DNA of 64,000 bases from an uncultured Cytophagia bacterium (GCA_964472785.1 CAYYMH010000011.1:22783-86782), one strand, 5' to 3'; shown: positions 17,237 to 26,277, numbered from the stretch's first letter. Notes: a model not told the origin generated them from the sequence alone. Made by a program: numbers and translations.

Positions 17237-19343
17237 CGCCACTCGACGGACCTGTCGGATTTTCATAGGGACTTTTGCCGTAATAATCGCTGCCATACCA
17301 GTCGGCGCACCATTCCCACACGTTGCCGCTCATGTCGTACAAGCCAAGCTCGTTGGATTGCTTAGCGCCCACGGGGTGCGTTTTACCGCCAGAATTGTTA
17401 CTATACCATGCCACACTGCCCACATCGTTGCTGCCGCTGTATGTATACCCTTTCGATTTATTACCGCCGCGCGCGGCATATTCCCACTCCGCTTCCGTGG
17501 GCAACCGTTTGCCCGCCCAGTTGGCGTAGGCATTGGCGCCGTACCATGTGACTTCAATAACGGGGTGATTGGCATAACCGCTCACTGGCACATATTTATT
17601 GCGCTGCTTTACAATTTTACAGTCTGTACCCTTTATATCAAGCCAGGTGGCGCCACCTTCACTCTGGTTGCCTTTCTCATTGAGAAATTTGCAAAATTGT
17701 TCGTTGGTCACTTCGTATTTGTCTATGTAAAAATCCTTCACATACACTTTATGGATGGGTTTTTCGTCATCACCCCCATCATTGCTGCCCATCATAAAGG
17801 CGCCGCCCTGCACATACGCCATGTCGGGATACGTTTTGGATTTGTCGTCAGTACTGGGACTGTTTCTTTGTTCAATCTGCCTGTTTTTTAAACCAAATGG
17901 CGGCTCGGTTTTCTTTTCCTGACTTGCGCTGCTGGCGTCTGCGCTGTGCGATAAGGCGGACATTTTAAACCTCGCCACCACGGTCAGGAAAAAATTATCG
18001 TTATCGCCCGCCACGGGATACAGCCAGATCGTGTCCACATCGCGATACATATCCTGTCCGCCGCCTGTTTTATCCGATTCCAGCATGAAATTGACCACTT
18101 CAGTTTCACGGATAAACTGTTCCACTTTGGAGTAGCTTTGTTTTATCTGCGTGTACACATCGAACGCGGTTTTGGCAATGTCGTCGGCGGGATTGCCTTC
18201 GGCGGTGACATTGGCGGTGAATCGGGCAATCAGCTCCTTTTCTTTAGCGGCGATAAGCTGATTTTTGAGCTGCTCCACCTGGTTGTCGAAATAGCGCAGG
18301 GATTTGTTAATGCTAACTTCGATGTTGTTGGCGTCGTACACCACATTCGTCTTTTCCTGAATGGTTTGTTTGAGAAAACGGCTGCGATTCGCCAGATTGG
18401 TTTGCAACTGTTCAATATCCGAATCAATTTTCGCCAGGTTGGCAAAGCCATTGCGGATAATCTGCTGCTGTCTGCGGCTGGATGTGCTGTTAGAATTGTC
18501 GATCACGGCTTTGCTGGAATTCACTTCAAATTCGATGCTTTTAATTTCAGCGGCGGACACGCCTGCGGACTGCAGTTTGGTTTGATAATTGTAATCGCTC
18601 AATAAATTAACAACGAGATGCGCGCTCGTTGTTTCTGCATAGTCCCTTGTCGCGGCAAGCGATTTCTTGAGCGGCGCTACATTGACTTTGATGAGATATA
18701 AAAATTTAGTTTGTCCAGCAATTTTTTTGAACATAGGCTGCTTTTCAACCGTCATTTCGCCGCTTATTTGCGCTTTGATGCGGTCGGTGAGCAGGCGGTT
18801 GTCTTCAATTACGGTCAGGCTGGAAATAAACACGCCATTCAAATCTTCGATTGCCGTCGGCGCCAGCAGCTTCTCCGCCTGGTCCGACAGTTTTTCTTTG
18901 GACGCCAGGATATCGATATCGTTGAGCAGCACGAGATAAAAACCCTGAAAAGCGATACTGGCCAGATCCTGCTGAACCTGCTGTTCAATATCTTTGCGGC
19001 TTTGCTGCTTCACCGTAATCTGCTCCTGCATTTTCTTGATGTCCACCAGTTTGAGCAGCTCCTGTTTGTCCATGTAAATATTGGTCATCTTGTTTTTCAG
19101 CATGGCGATCTGGTTGTCCACATCGATATTGTTGCGGGTGATCTGAATTTTCAGCTCGTCAATATCCAGCGACTTGCAGAAAAACCGCGCCGTTTTGATT
19201 TTCTGACTCATGGCAGATTTTTGAATACTGCCTTTGTCGAAAATCAACGGACTCGCGGGTTGATAGATTTGAGAGTAAAGAGGAATAGCAAACAGAAATG
19301 ACAGGAATAGACAAACTGTTTTTTTTATCATTTGAATCTCCAA
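17115..19343 (-). CDS. DGR target (variable) protein: secreted coiled-coil-rich protein with C-terminal FGE-sulfatase (C-type-lectin-like) domain
   Basis: It has a signal peptide (MEIQMIKKTVCLFLSFLFAIPLYSQ). The C-terminal roughly 250 aa carry FGE/SUMF1-like motifs (GGAFMMGS, HPVIEVTWYGANAYANWAGKRLPTEAEWEYAARGG, NVWEWCADWY). The VR occupies the C-terminal tail, as in known DGR targets. Confidence 0.75.
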   Translation of the reverse strand: MEIQMIKKTVCLFLSFLFAIPLYSQIYQPASPLIFDKGSIQKSAMSQKIKTARFFCKSLDIDELKIQITRNNIDVDNQIAMLKNKMTNIYMDKQELLKLVDIKKMQEQITVKQQSRKDIEQQVQQDLASIAFQGFYLVLLNDIDILASKEKLSDQAEKLLAPTAIEDLNGVFISSLTVIEDNRLLTDRIKAQISGEMTVEKQPMFKKIAGQTKFLYLIKVNVAPLKKSLAATRDYAETTSAHLVVNLLSDYNYQTKLQSAGVSAAEIKSIEFEVNSSKAVIDNSNSTSSRRQQQIIRNGFANLAKIDSDIEQLQTNLANRSRFLKQTIQEKTNVVYDANNIEVSINKSLRYFDNQVEQLKNQLIAAKEKELIARFTANVTAEGNPADDIAKTAFDVYTQIKQSYSKVEQFIRETEVVNFMLESDKTGGGQDMYRDVDTIWLYPVAGDNDNFFLTVVARFKMSALSHSADASSASQEKKTEPPFGLKNRQIEQRNSPSTDDKSKTYPDMAYVQGGAFMMGSNDGGDDEKPIHKVYVKDFYIDKYEVTNEQFCKFLNEKGNQSEGGATWLDIKGTDCKIVKQRNKYVPVSGYANHPVIEVTWYGANAYANWAGKRLPTEAEWEYAARGGNKSKGYTYSGSNDVGSVAWYSNNSGGKTHPVGAKQSNELGLYDMSGNVWEWCADWYGSDYYGKSPYENPTGPSSGADRVLRSGSWLNDANYTRCANRFVNYPHYRNYDIGFRCVR

Positions 19344-19487
19344 AACTGTATTCTAGTGTAACTTAGCTATTCGTTGATTACTACTGCAAAATTAGCATAT
19401 GCCTTAATATAGAAAATATTAAGTAAGATGTCAACAAAAAATTGCCTCTTTCTGCAAAATATGATTTCTACTTTTCTTTACTTACCC

Positions 19488-19560
19488 GACAACACCGCGG
19501 CAATTCCCACCACGCCGCATTGGGATACGCGTGACGCTTCCAGTGGTAACAGATCAGGAA
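19488..19560 (-). pseudogene. degenerate duplicate of the crtW 3' end (remnant)
   Basis: About 60 bp are roughly 80% identical to 20101-20175. Read on the minus strand it gives CYHWKRHAYPNAAWWELPRCCR, against crtW CYHFGYHWEHHAFPNAAWWELPGYYRKS. Confidence 0.4.
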
Positions 19561-19563
19561 GAC

Positions 19564-19806
19564 TTAAACTGACCCCAACTTCAATCGTTCAGCAATCCAA
19601 ATTTTAATTATAGACTGCCGGGTCACTCCCAGTCTTTTCGCTTCTTTATCAAGAGATTTTATCATCCATATTGGAAAATCCACATTGACACGCTTTTGTT
19701 CCAAACCCGGTCTTTTGGCGTTCTCCAAATCTAAGTAATCTGTCAGATCTTCCCCGTTATCAAATTTCTTATCAAATTCTTCAGCTTTCATATATTTCTT
19801 TTTCAT
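19564..19806 (-). CDS. brnA: BrnA antitoxin (RHH/CopG-like) of BrnT/BrnA type II TA system
   Basis: 80 aa. The C-terminal region KEAKRLGVTRQSIIKIWIAERL is the BrnA-type ribbon-helix-helix. It overlaps the upstream brnT by 26 nt. Confidence 0.7.
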   Translation of the reverse strand: MKKKYMKAEEFDKKFDNGEDLTDYLDLENAKRPGLEQKRVNVDFPIWMIKSLDKEAKRLGVTRQSIIKIWIAERLKLGSV

Positions 19807-20041
19807 TTTTCCTCGCCCTTCGAACTGAAATTAATCTTATTTTTTTATTTCGATACGTAAATATAGCAGCCCAATGTTTGTTATAAATCATGGCGATTAA
19901 AACATATCTTGGCTCATCCAGATGTTTCGTTGGAATTTCAATCCTGTCAGGATCGTTCCATAATTCCTGGGCTTCTATAAAGTCAATACCGTGTTTATCG
20001 TTATTGGCTTTGCTCTTATTCTCGTCAAACTCAAATTCCAT
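19781..20041 (-). CDS. brnT: BrnT toxin (DUF497 ribonuclease)
   Basis: 86 aa. MEFEFDENKSKANNDKHGIDFIEAQELWNDP matches the BrnT N-terminal consensus (F.WD..K...N..KHGV.F.EA..VF.D). Confidence 0.7.
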   Translation of the reverse strand: MEFEFDENKSKANNDKHGIDFIEAQELWNDPDRIEIPTKHLDEPRYVLIAMIYNKHWAAIFTYRNKKIRLISVRRARKNEKEIYES

Positions 20042-20099
20042 TATGGTATATAATTTATATATTTATTATATAATAATCAAGCTATTTTTATGCTTCATT

Positions 20100-20819
20100 T
20101 CAGCTTTTCCGATAATACCCCGGCAACTCCCACCACGCCGCATTGGGAAAAGCATGATGCTCCCAGTGATAGCCAAAGTGGTAACAGGTGAGAAAGGAGA
20201 GCAGCAGCGGATAATCGTTGCTTCTGGCGCGGTGTTTGTCTTTGAAGCCTTCGGCGGTGTCCCGGTGTGTCAGGTAGGTACCAAAATAGAATAACTGCAC
20301 CGTGCTCAACAGCGCCGGCGCCACCCAGAATAGAAATATATTGACCATTGCCACGCCTGCCACATGCAGCAGCAGGTTAAAAAGGACTGCCATACCCAGG
20401 ATCTGATACCACGTCAAATAGTGCGTCATAAAGCGCCAGTACCAGCGCCAGAATTGCGGGTGTTCGCCATCGTGGTAATCCGGGTCTCCCTGACTTGCCG
20501 GATATTTGTGGTGATCCCAGTGTTTGGTTTGCAATTTTTTGAACGAGAACAGGGCGTAGAGCAGCAGCGAAAGATGTCCGAAGAAATTATTTACGTTCCG
20601 ATCCGTAGGGAAGATGCTGCCGTGCATCGCGTCGTGAGCCGTGATAAACAGTCCGGTGTATAAAAAGGTCTGCCAGACTACGGCAATAGGGATCAGAAAC
20701 ATCGTTGTGGAATTGAGCTTCAGGGTCAGCAGCCCGTACAGGCTCGCGCCCCAAATGAGCAGAACTGTCATCGCGATAAGCAGTCCTTTGAGCGATTTTT
20801 TTCTTTTTTCATTTTTCAT
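20100..20819 (-). CDS. crtW: beta-carotene ketolase, CrtW-type (membrane di-iron desaturase/hydroxylase fold)
   Basis: The start was moved to the ATG at 20817-20819 (MKNEKRK). The histidine boxes are HDAMHGS, HWDHH and HWEHH. It is the 3'-most gene of the carotenoid operon. Confidence 0.75.
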   Translation of the reverse strand: MKNEKRKKSLKGLLIAMTVLLIWGASLYGLLTLKLNSTTMFLIPIAVVWQTFLYTGLFITAHDAMHGSIFPTDRNVNNFFGHLSLLLYALFSFKKLQTKHWDHHKYPASQGDPDYHDGEHPQFWRWYWRFMTHYLTWYQILGMAVLFNLLLHVAGVAMVNIFLFWVAPALLSTVQLFYFGTYLTHRDTAEGFKDKHRARSNDYPLLLSFLTCYHFGYHWEHHAFPNAAWWELPGYYRKS

Positions 20820-20823
20820 GGCT

Positions 20824-21507
20824 TCACCTGAAAATAATGAATACAAAATAAATGAATTGCGCGACATACGCGTGCAGCGCGATGTCGGAGTGTGTCTTTT
20901 CAAAAAGCTGCCATTTCAGCGCGGGAAGAATAAACAGGAAACTGAGCACGAACCAGGCAAAGTAATTCTGCATTGGCACGATCCCGTTTGACCAGTTCCA
21001 GTAATTCAGTTTCATCGCAGCCGGTTCCATCACCAAATCGAAAATCACCATCAGCAGCGCGATAATGAACGCCTGTAAAACGAGATTGAACTTTCCGGTT
21101 TTTGAAGCTATTTTTTGCAGGATTGCCGCGGATGAAAGCAGCATCACCACCCAGGCACAACCGATCGCCAGTGGTACGCCAAACAATTTTGGCTGCAAAG
21201 TATCGCCATACTGATAGCTGCCGAAAATATGTCCGGTTTTGACGCCGAGTAATTCGATCAGGTAACTCAACACGAAAACGCTGATTACCCACACCAGAAA
21301 TTTGTTCTTTTCGTTCTTTTTATCCGGTGAAAAGTTTTGATAAAAATCCCAACTCACCCACACTGCCAGTCCGAAAATAAGCGGCGCTGCCAGAATCCGC
21401 ATTGTCGTTTGTAGCACATTGAGCACATGCCAGAGTCCGCCGGCGGTCAGGAAAAAGTAGAGGGCGAAAATTTGTGCGTGTTTCTTTTTTAATTTCATCG
21501 TTTTCAT
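20824..21507 (-). CDS. carotenoid biosynthesis-associated membrane protein (Caroten_synth/DUF422-like; possibly CruF-type 1',2'-hydratase)
   Basis: 227 aa polytopic membrane protein. It is embedded in the carotenoid operon between the GT2 gene and crtW. Its size and position match CruF of salinixanthin/myxol-type clusters. The family assignment is from memory and is not verified. Confidence 0.45.
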   Translation of the reverse strand: MKTMKLKKKHAQIFALYFFLTAGGLWHVLNVLQTTMRILAAPLIFGLAVWVSWDFYQNFSPDKKNEKNKFLVWVISVFVLSYLIELLGVKTGHIFGSYQYGDTLQPKLFGVPLAIGCAWVVMLLSSAAILQKIASKTGKFNLVLQAFIIALLMVIFDLVMEPAAMKLNYWNWSNGIVPMQNYFAWFVLSFLFILPALKWQLFEKTHSDIALHAYVAQFIYFVFIIFR

Positions 21508-21593
21508 TACAACCTAAAAGATATGAACCTCAAAGTTCACGAAGAACACAACGTTTGTAAAGAATTTTTCTGAATCTTTGTGAACTTTAGTTT

Positions 21594-21645
21594 GGAGTGC
21601 AATCCCTTTATGGATTGCATGCATCGCATGAAGGCGATGCACTCC
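21594..21645. repeat. REP-like palindromic hairpin pair (copy 4)
   Basis: ggagtgcaatccctttatggattgcatgc followed by gcatcgcatgaaggcgatgcactcc. It lies intergenic inside the carotenoid operon. Confidence 0.7.
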
Positions 21646-21707
21646 GAGGTACTTATAATTGAAAAGTACTTGACACCTCGCTCTTTTAAGAAGCAAAAAA
21701 ACCATTA

Positions 21708-22820
21708 CTATTTCACCGCAATCTCGCGTCCCTTCCAGCGGATTTTGCCCCGTTTAAAACTGAAAAATGAATTCAGCCCGATGGTGATGGCGTAAATGAT
21801 ACTCACCGGATGCAAAATCGTGCTCACCCAAAACGGATGTTTGTAACGGATCGCCAGCAGCGCCCGTAGCAACACATTCAATCCAATGGCAATCAACGCC
21901 AGCGTTCGGACTGACGGAATCATCCACAAAAAATACGGGTAAATAAAACCAATGATCAACGAAAAGATAATCCCGAAAAACGTCACGTTGTGATAGCCGG
22001 TCAAACCGTAAAAGTTTTTGGAGAATCCTTCCCAGACCTCACGTGCCGAGGAATACATCCGGCAATAGACCGCGCCGGTACCGGCAGTCGTGAGCGTCTT
22101 TTTTCCCTTCCGTTTGGCGATTCGGCTGAGCTCGGTGTCTTCCACTAAATGATTTTTCACGACATCGTGCCCCCCAATCTCACGGTAAGCTTTTTTGGTG
22201 AACGCAATCCACTGACCATTGGCGGCTGCCAGCGACGGATTGGGCGCGTAATAAGTTAGCCAGAGCGGCAGCGTCCCGTACACGAAGAAATCGACAATCG
22301 GCACAATCAGTTTTTCAGCAAATGTCACCGTCCGCTGCTGGGGAAAGGCAGAGACAAGGTCTAATTGATATTTCTGAAGGTACGCCACCGTATTCGAGAC
22401 CACGAATTTTTCGTGCTGATTATCCGCATCCGTAAAAATAAAGATCTCTCCTTGCGCTTTCTGACTGAGCTGATGACATGCCCAGTTTTTGCCTGTCCAG
22501 CCCGTGGGCAGCTTTTCTCCCTGAATCAGCCGCACCCGCGAATCTTTGGCAGCGAAATTATTGACAATTTCCTCCGTACCGTCAGTGGAATGATCATTCA
22601 ACACGATCACTTCAAAATTGGGATAATCCTGCTCAAGGATGCCGTTCAAACAATTGCCGATATTTGCCGCCTCGTTTCGTGCCGGAATTAAAACCGACAC
22701 TTTGGGAGTATCGGTCAATTGGGGCGCGTGTTTCAACCGCGGTCCCAGCAGCACATTCACCAGCGTTACTGTCAGCACCATTATCAGTAAGACGATTCCG
22801 ATTGTCAAAAGTATAAACAA
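21708..22820 (-). CDS. family 2 glycosyltransferase, probable carotenoid glycosyltransferase (CruC-like)
   Basis: The GT2 motifs are VLIPARNEA...VIVLNDHSTDGT and TDADNQ. It has C-terminal TM helices. It lies between the acyltransferase and the Caroten_synth gene. Confidence 0.7.
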   Translation of the reverse strand: MFILLTIGIVLLIMVLTVTLVNVLLGPRLKHAPQLTDTPKVSVLIPARNEAANIGNCLNGILEQDYPNFEVIVLNDHSTDGTEEIVNNFAAKDSRVRLIQGEKLPTGWTGKNWACHQLSQKAQGEIFIFTDADNQHEKFVVSNTVAYLQKYQLDLVSAFPQQRTVTFAEKLIVPIVDFFVYGTLPLWLTYYAPNPSLAAANGQWIAFTKKAYREIGGHDVVKNHLVEDTELSRIAKRKGKKTLTTAGTGAVYCRMYSSAREVWEGFSKNFYGLTGYHNVTFFGIIFSLIIGFIYPYFLWMIPSVRTLALIAIGLNVLLRALLAIRYKHPFWVSTILHPVSIIYAITIGLNSFFSFKRGKIRWKGREIAVK

Positions 22821-22821
22821 T

Positions 22822-23547
22822 TTAACCCCTCTGTTTTCGTTTCAATAGTTGATCCATTTTTTCGTTGATTGACTGCGCACCGGATAAAAGGACAGCGCCT
22901 CGCTCACCCGAAATGATTTGTTCTTCTAACTGATCCAGTAGTCCGTTTTCGATGCGTTCCAGCCAGGTCATTCCCTCAAAATTCGTTTGATCTAAAATAT
23001 AATTTTCACCGAACCGGAAAAACACAAGTGCCCGTTGCTCCCCCAAATATTCCGCCCGCATCGCCAGCGGCAGCACATTGATTGATTTGCCATATTTTTT
23101 AATGATCCAATCGACACCGCGTTTCAATCCGAGCGGACGTGTGCCCCACGGCAAAAGTTCTCCCTGCGGGAAAATGCAAATCGCCGGTGATGAAACCTGT
23201 TCAGACGTTAATAGTTCCAACGTGTAGTTGAGCGATTGATAAATTCCTTTTGAAGTCTCGAGATTGATACTGTACGCGCCCACTTTTGAGAAAAAATTAT
23301 ATTTACTTAGTTGCTGCTCCAGCATCATCAGGTATACTTTTCGATGCAGTATTTTTTTTTGCAATAAATAGATGAAAAATCCATCCCACCAGGTACTGTG
23401 ATTGGGCAATAAAAGCAGCGGTAATTTCGGATCCGTCTCCGGTAACTCTCCCAACAGATTGATGGAGTGGAAATGCTTTTTCATTAACCGGAACACGTAG
23501 AAGTGAAATAGTTTATCTGCCCACCATGTGTGTTGTGCTTTGATCAT
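22822..23547 (-). CDS. acyltransferase (PlsC/lysophospholipid acyltransferase fold), probable carotenoid-glycoside acyltransferase (CruD-like)
   Basis: The start was moved to the ATG at 23545-23547, which overlaps the crtB stop (ATGA). The HxxxxD motif is NHSTWWDG. Its position is next to the glycosyltransferase. Confidence 0.65.
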   Translation of the reverse strand: MIKAQHTWWADKLFHFYVFRLMKKHFHSINLLGELPETDPKLPLLLLPNHSTWWDGFFIYLLQKKILHRKVYLMMLEQQLSKYNFFSKVGAYSINLETSKGIYQSLNYTLELLTSEQVSSPAICIFPQGELLPWGTRPLGLKRGVDWIIKKYGKSINVLPLAMRAEYLGEQRALVFFRFGENYILDQTNFEGMTWLERIENGLLDQLEEQIISGERGAVLLSGAQSINEKMDQLLKRKQRG

Positions 23548-24518
23548 ATTTGTTTTTGCGCTCTTTGCGTCTTGGCGTGACGTTTCAGTTTCTCGGATTG
23601 TCGAGAAATTTTTTCTTCCCTGCGAATTTTTTCTTTCATCACTCTCCACCGGGTACGCCACACTTCCAGAAATAAGATAGCAAATTTTTTCACTTGCGGA
23701 ACGAACACTCTCCCCAAAAACGGATTGAAATCCTGAGCTTCAATTTTATTCAAAATCCCCCGATAAATTTTACTGGCGGAATAAATCGCAAACTGGGATT
23801 CTGTCGCCAGCATTGGAATGCCGAGGTCTGCTTCTTTATAATAATCATGGGCACGCTTTACCTGAAACTGCATCAACTTTTTGAAGTTATCATCCATTTT
23901 TTCATCAATCACATGCTGACGGTCAATTCCGAAGCGGTGCAACTCTTCCAGCGGAATGTAGATGCGTCCCATATTTTTGTCTTCCTGAATATCGCGTAAG
24001 ATATTGGTCAACTGCATGGCAATGCCTAATTTTTCCGCATATTGGAACGCTTTTTTATCTTTGTAGCCTAAAACATACGTCATCATTAAACCGACGACGC
24101 CTGCGACCCGATAGCAAAACGTGTACAAATCCTCGAAAGTTTCGTACTGTTTATTTTGAATATCCATTTGCACACCCTTAATCAGATCCAACGGGTACTC
24201 AATCGGAATCTTATATTTTTGAGCCACCACAATAAACGCCTGTACCACCGGATGCTCCGACTCTCCCGTACGGTAGGCGATTTTCATTTCTTTGGCTAAC
24301 GATGTAGCTTCACTGATCAATTCTGCGTCAGATCGCTTGCGCGGATTATCAATCAGATTATCGGCATGACGGCAAAAGCCGTACAAGCCAAATGTTGCCC
24401 ATCGCCGCTTAGGAGGTAACATCAGCGTTGAAATAAAAAAACTTTTTGAATGATGTGCCGTCGCCAAGCGTGCGTGCGTAAACGCTGCTTTGTGCGACGG
24501 TTCCTTCCAAAACTTCAA
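23544..24518 (-). CDS. crtB: phytoene synthase
   Basis: The squalene/phytoene synthase signatures are YCYRVAGVVGLMMTYVLG and DIQEDKNMGRIYIPLEEL. Confidence 0.85.
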   Translation of the reverse strand: MKFWKEPSHKAAFTHARLATAHHSKSFFISTLMLPPKRRWATFGLYGFCRHADNLIDNPRKRSDAELISEATSLAKEMKIAYRTGESEHPVVQAFIVVAQKYKIPIEYPLDLIKGVQMDIQNKQYETFEDLYTFCYRVAGVVGLMMTYVLGYKDKKAFQYAEKLGIAMQLTNILRDIQEDKNMGRIYIPLEELHRFGIDRQHVIDEKMDDNFKKLMQFQVKRAHDYYKEADLGIPMLATESQFAIYSASKIYRGILNKIEAQDFNPFLGRVFVPQVKKFAILFLEVWRTRWRVMKEKIRREEKISRQSEKLKRHAKTQRAQKQI

Positions 24519-24564
24519 AACGTTGACCTCATTTATTTGTGAATGTGACTAAATTGTTCGAAAA

Positions 24565-26043
24565 TTATTCCTCAAAATCTTTTAAAATCGCATATTCCGT
24601 GGCTTCTGATGTGAGTAACGTCCCCGGAATTCCGGCGCCCGGATGGGTGCTGGTTCCTACCAGATAAAAATTGTCGATATCTTCGCTCTTATTCGCCGGA
24701 CGGAAACTGGCTGTCTGAATAAGTTTCGGTTCCAGTCCCCAGGCACTGCCTAAATAATTATTGCAATGTTTTTTAAAATCTTCGGGCGTCACAATTTCCA
24801 TCACCTCGATGTTTTTCCGTAAATCCTCTAATCCGAAATCCTGCTCCAGAAATCTCAATATTTTTTCTGCAAAAATGGATTTCATTTCCGCCCAGTTAAT
24901 ATCACCGGCTAAATTGGGAACTGGAATCAGAAAATACATGCTCTCGCCGCCTTTGGGCGCCATTGATGGATCAGTGCGGGTTGGCGCGTGGGCATAGATT
25001 GAAAAATCATCGGATAAAATTTTCCGGTCGAAAATGTCATAAATCAGCTCCCGGTAACGCTTGGCAATGATCAAGGTGTGGTGCAGCAATTTCGGGTACT
25101 TTTTTCGGGAACCAATGTATAAAATGAATGCACTCATCGAATATGCCATGTTTTTGACGCGCCGGTCACTCCATTTCCGCCGATGCTCACTTTTGACTAA
25201 ATCGAGATATGTGTGCGCAAAATGCGCATTTGAGACGACCACATCCGCCATAAATTCCTTTTCACCGGCTTTCACGCCGACTGCTTTCTTATCTTTCACT
25301 ATCACTTCAGTGACTTCTGTGTTCGTTTCAATCGTCCCGCCAAGCTCCAGAAAGAGCTTTTCCAGTGCCTGAATAAAACTGTACATCCCGCCCTTTGAGA
25401 ACCAAACGCCACCTTCCTTTTCCAAATAAGGGATCATTAAATACACAGCCGGCGCCCGGAACGGATTACCGCCAATGAACAGCGTGTTAAACGAGAAGGT
25501 AAACACATTTCGAAAATCCTTGAAATAACGTTTAACCGCGTAGTACGAAGGCAACGGAACCCAGAGTTTCAGCGCTTTGGGTAAAAATTTCAACAGCGTT
25601 CCTTTTGAAAACGGCCGTTTCCCCAAGCCTTTTTTGATAACCGCATCGTGCATTTCTTCTGCATGTTTGATAAACCGCTCATAATTGTCCGCATCCTTTG
25701 GATTGTACTGTCCCAGTTGGGCTTTCATTTTTTCTGTATCGCCCTGGTAGTCGATGGTCGTGCCATCGTGAAAATAAATCCGGTAATACGGATCCAACAG
25801 TACCAGATCGAGATAATCTTCCATCTTTTTTCCGGCGGCTGAAAACACGTCCTGAATGATTTCCGGTGCTGTAATCAGTGACGGTCCCATATCAAATTTG
25901 TAATCGCCGACTTGCATGGGATAGGCGTGTCCGCCGGTCTTTTCATTTTTTTCCAGTATCGTTACCTGAAATCCTTTGGCTTGCAGCCGGATCCCCAGCG
26001 CAAGCCCGCCAAATCCTGAACCTATAATAATTGCTGTTTTCAT
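24565..26043 (-). CDS. crtI: phytoene desaturase
   Basis: It has the N-terminal FAD-binding fold MKTAIIIGSGFGGLALGIRL...EKNEKTGG and CrtI-family length (492 aa). It is adjacent to crtB. Confidence 0.85.
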   Translation of the reverse strand: MKTAIIIGSGFGGLALGIRLQAKGFQVTILEKNEKTGGHAYPMQVGDYKFDMGPSLITAPEIIQDVFSAAGKKMEDYLDLVLLDPYYRIYFHDGTTIDYQGDTEKMKAQLGQYNPKDADNYERFIKHAEEMHDAVIKKGLGKRPFSKGTLLKFLPKALKLWVPLPSYYAVKRYFKDFRNVFTFSFNTLFIGGNPFRAPAVYLMIPYLEKEGGVWFSKGGMYSFIQALEKLFLELGGTIETNTEVTEVIVKDKKAVGVKAGEKEFMADVVVSNAHFAHTYLDLVKSEHRRKWSDRRVKNMAYSMSAFILYIGSRKKYPKLLHHTLIIAKRYRELIYDIFDRKILSDDFSIYAHAPTRTDPSMAPKGGESMYFLIPVPNLAGDINWAEMKSIFAEKILRFLEQDFGLEDLRKNIEVMEIVTPEDFKKHCNNYLGSAWGLEPKLIQTASFRPANKSEDIDNFYLVGTSTHPGAGIPGTLLTSEATEYAILKDFEE

Positions 26044-26059
26044 AATTTTATCATTTCCT

Positions 26060-26089
26060 AAATTAGATTTTAACTATTTATTTAATCAT
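26060..26089. promoter_or_regulatory. candidate operator/regulatory repeat upstream of crtI (copy 1)
   Basis: aaattagattttaactatttatttaatcat recurs with about 85% identity at 26245-26277. Confidence 0.25.
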
Positions 26090-26244
26090 AAATTAACCGC
26101 CGAGCTCGCGGAAAACGCAGAGATTTTTTTTGAAAACATCTGATCTACGTTGAAAAACTGTCTATCATATATTATTTAACTAAATAAGTATTTGTTTTTT
26201 TATATTAATTCTTTCTTTGCGTTCTTTGCGTCTTCGCGGTGAAT

Positions 26245-26277
26245 AGTTAAATTAGGTTAACTGTTTTATTTAATCAT
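26245..26277. promoter_or_regulatory. candidate regulatory repeat (copy 2) at 3' end of second desaturase gene
   Basis: agttaaattaggttaactgttttatttaatcat is a direct repeat of 26060-26089. It partly overlaps the stop codon of the 493-aa gene. Confidence 0.2.

Noticed and set aside
17108-17296. 62-aa ORF overlapping the VR
   Set aside because: It is an alternative frame of the target-gene C-terminus. The FGE-domain frame is the supported one.
21514-21705. 63-aa ORF between the Caroten_synth and GT2 genes
   Set aside because: It is composed largely of REP copy 4 sequence and has no homology support.
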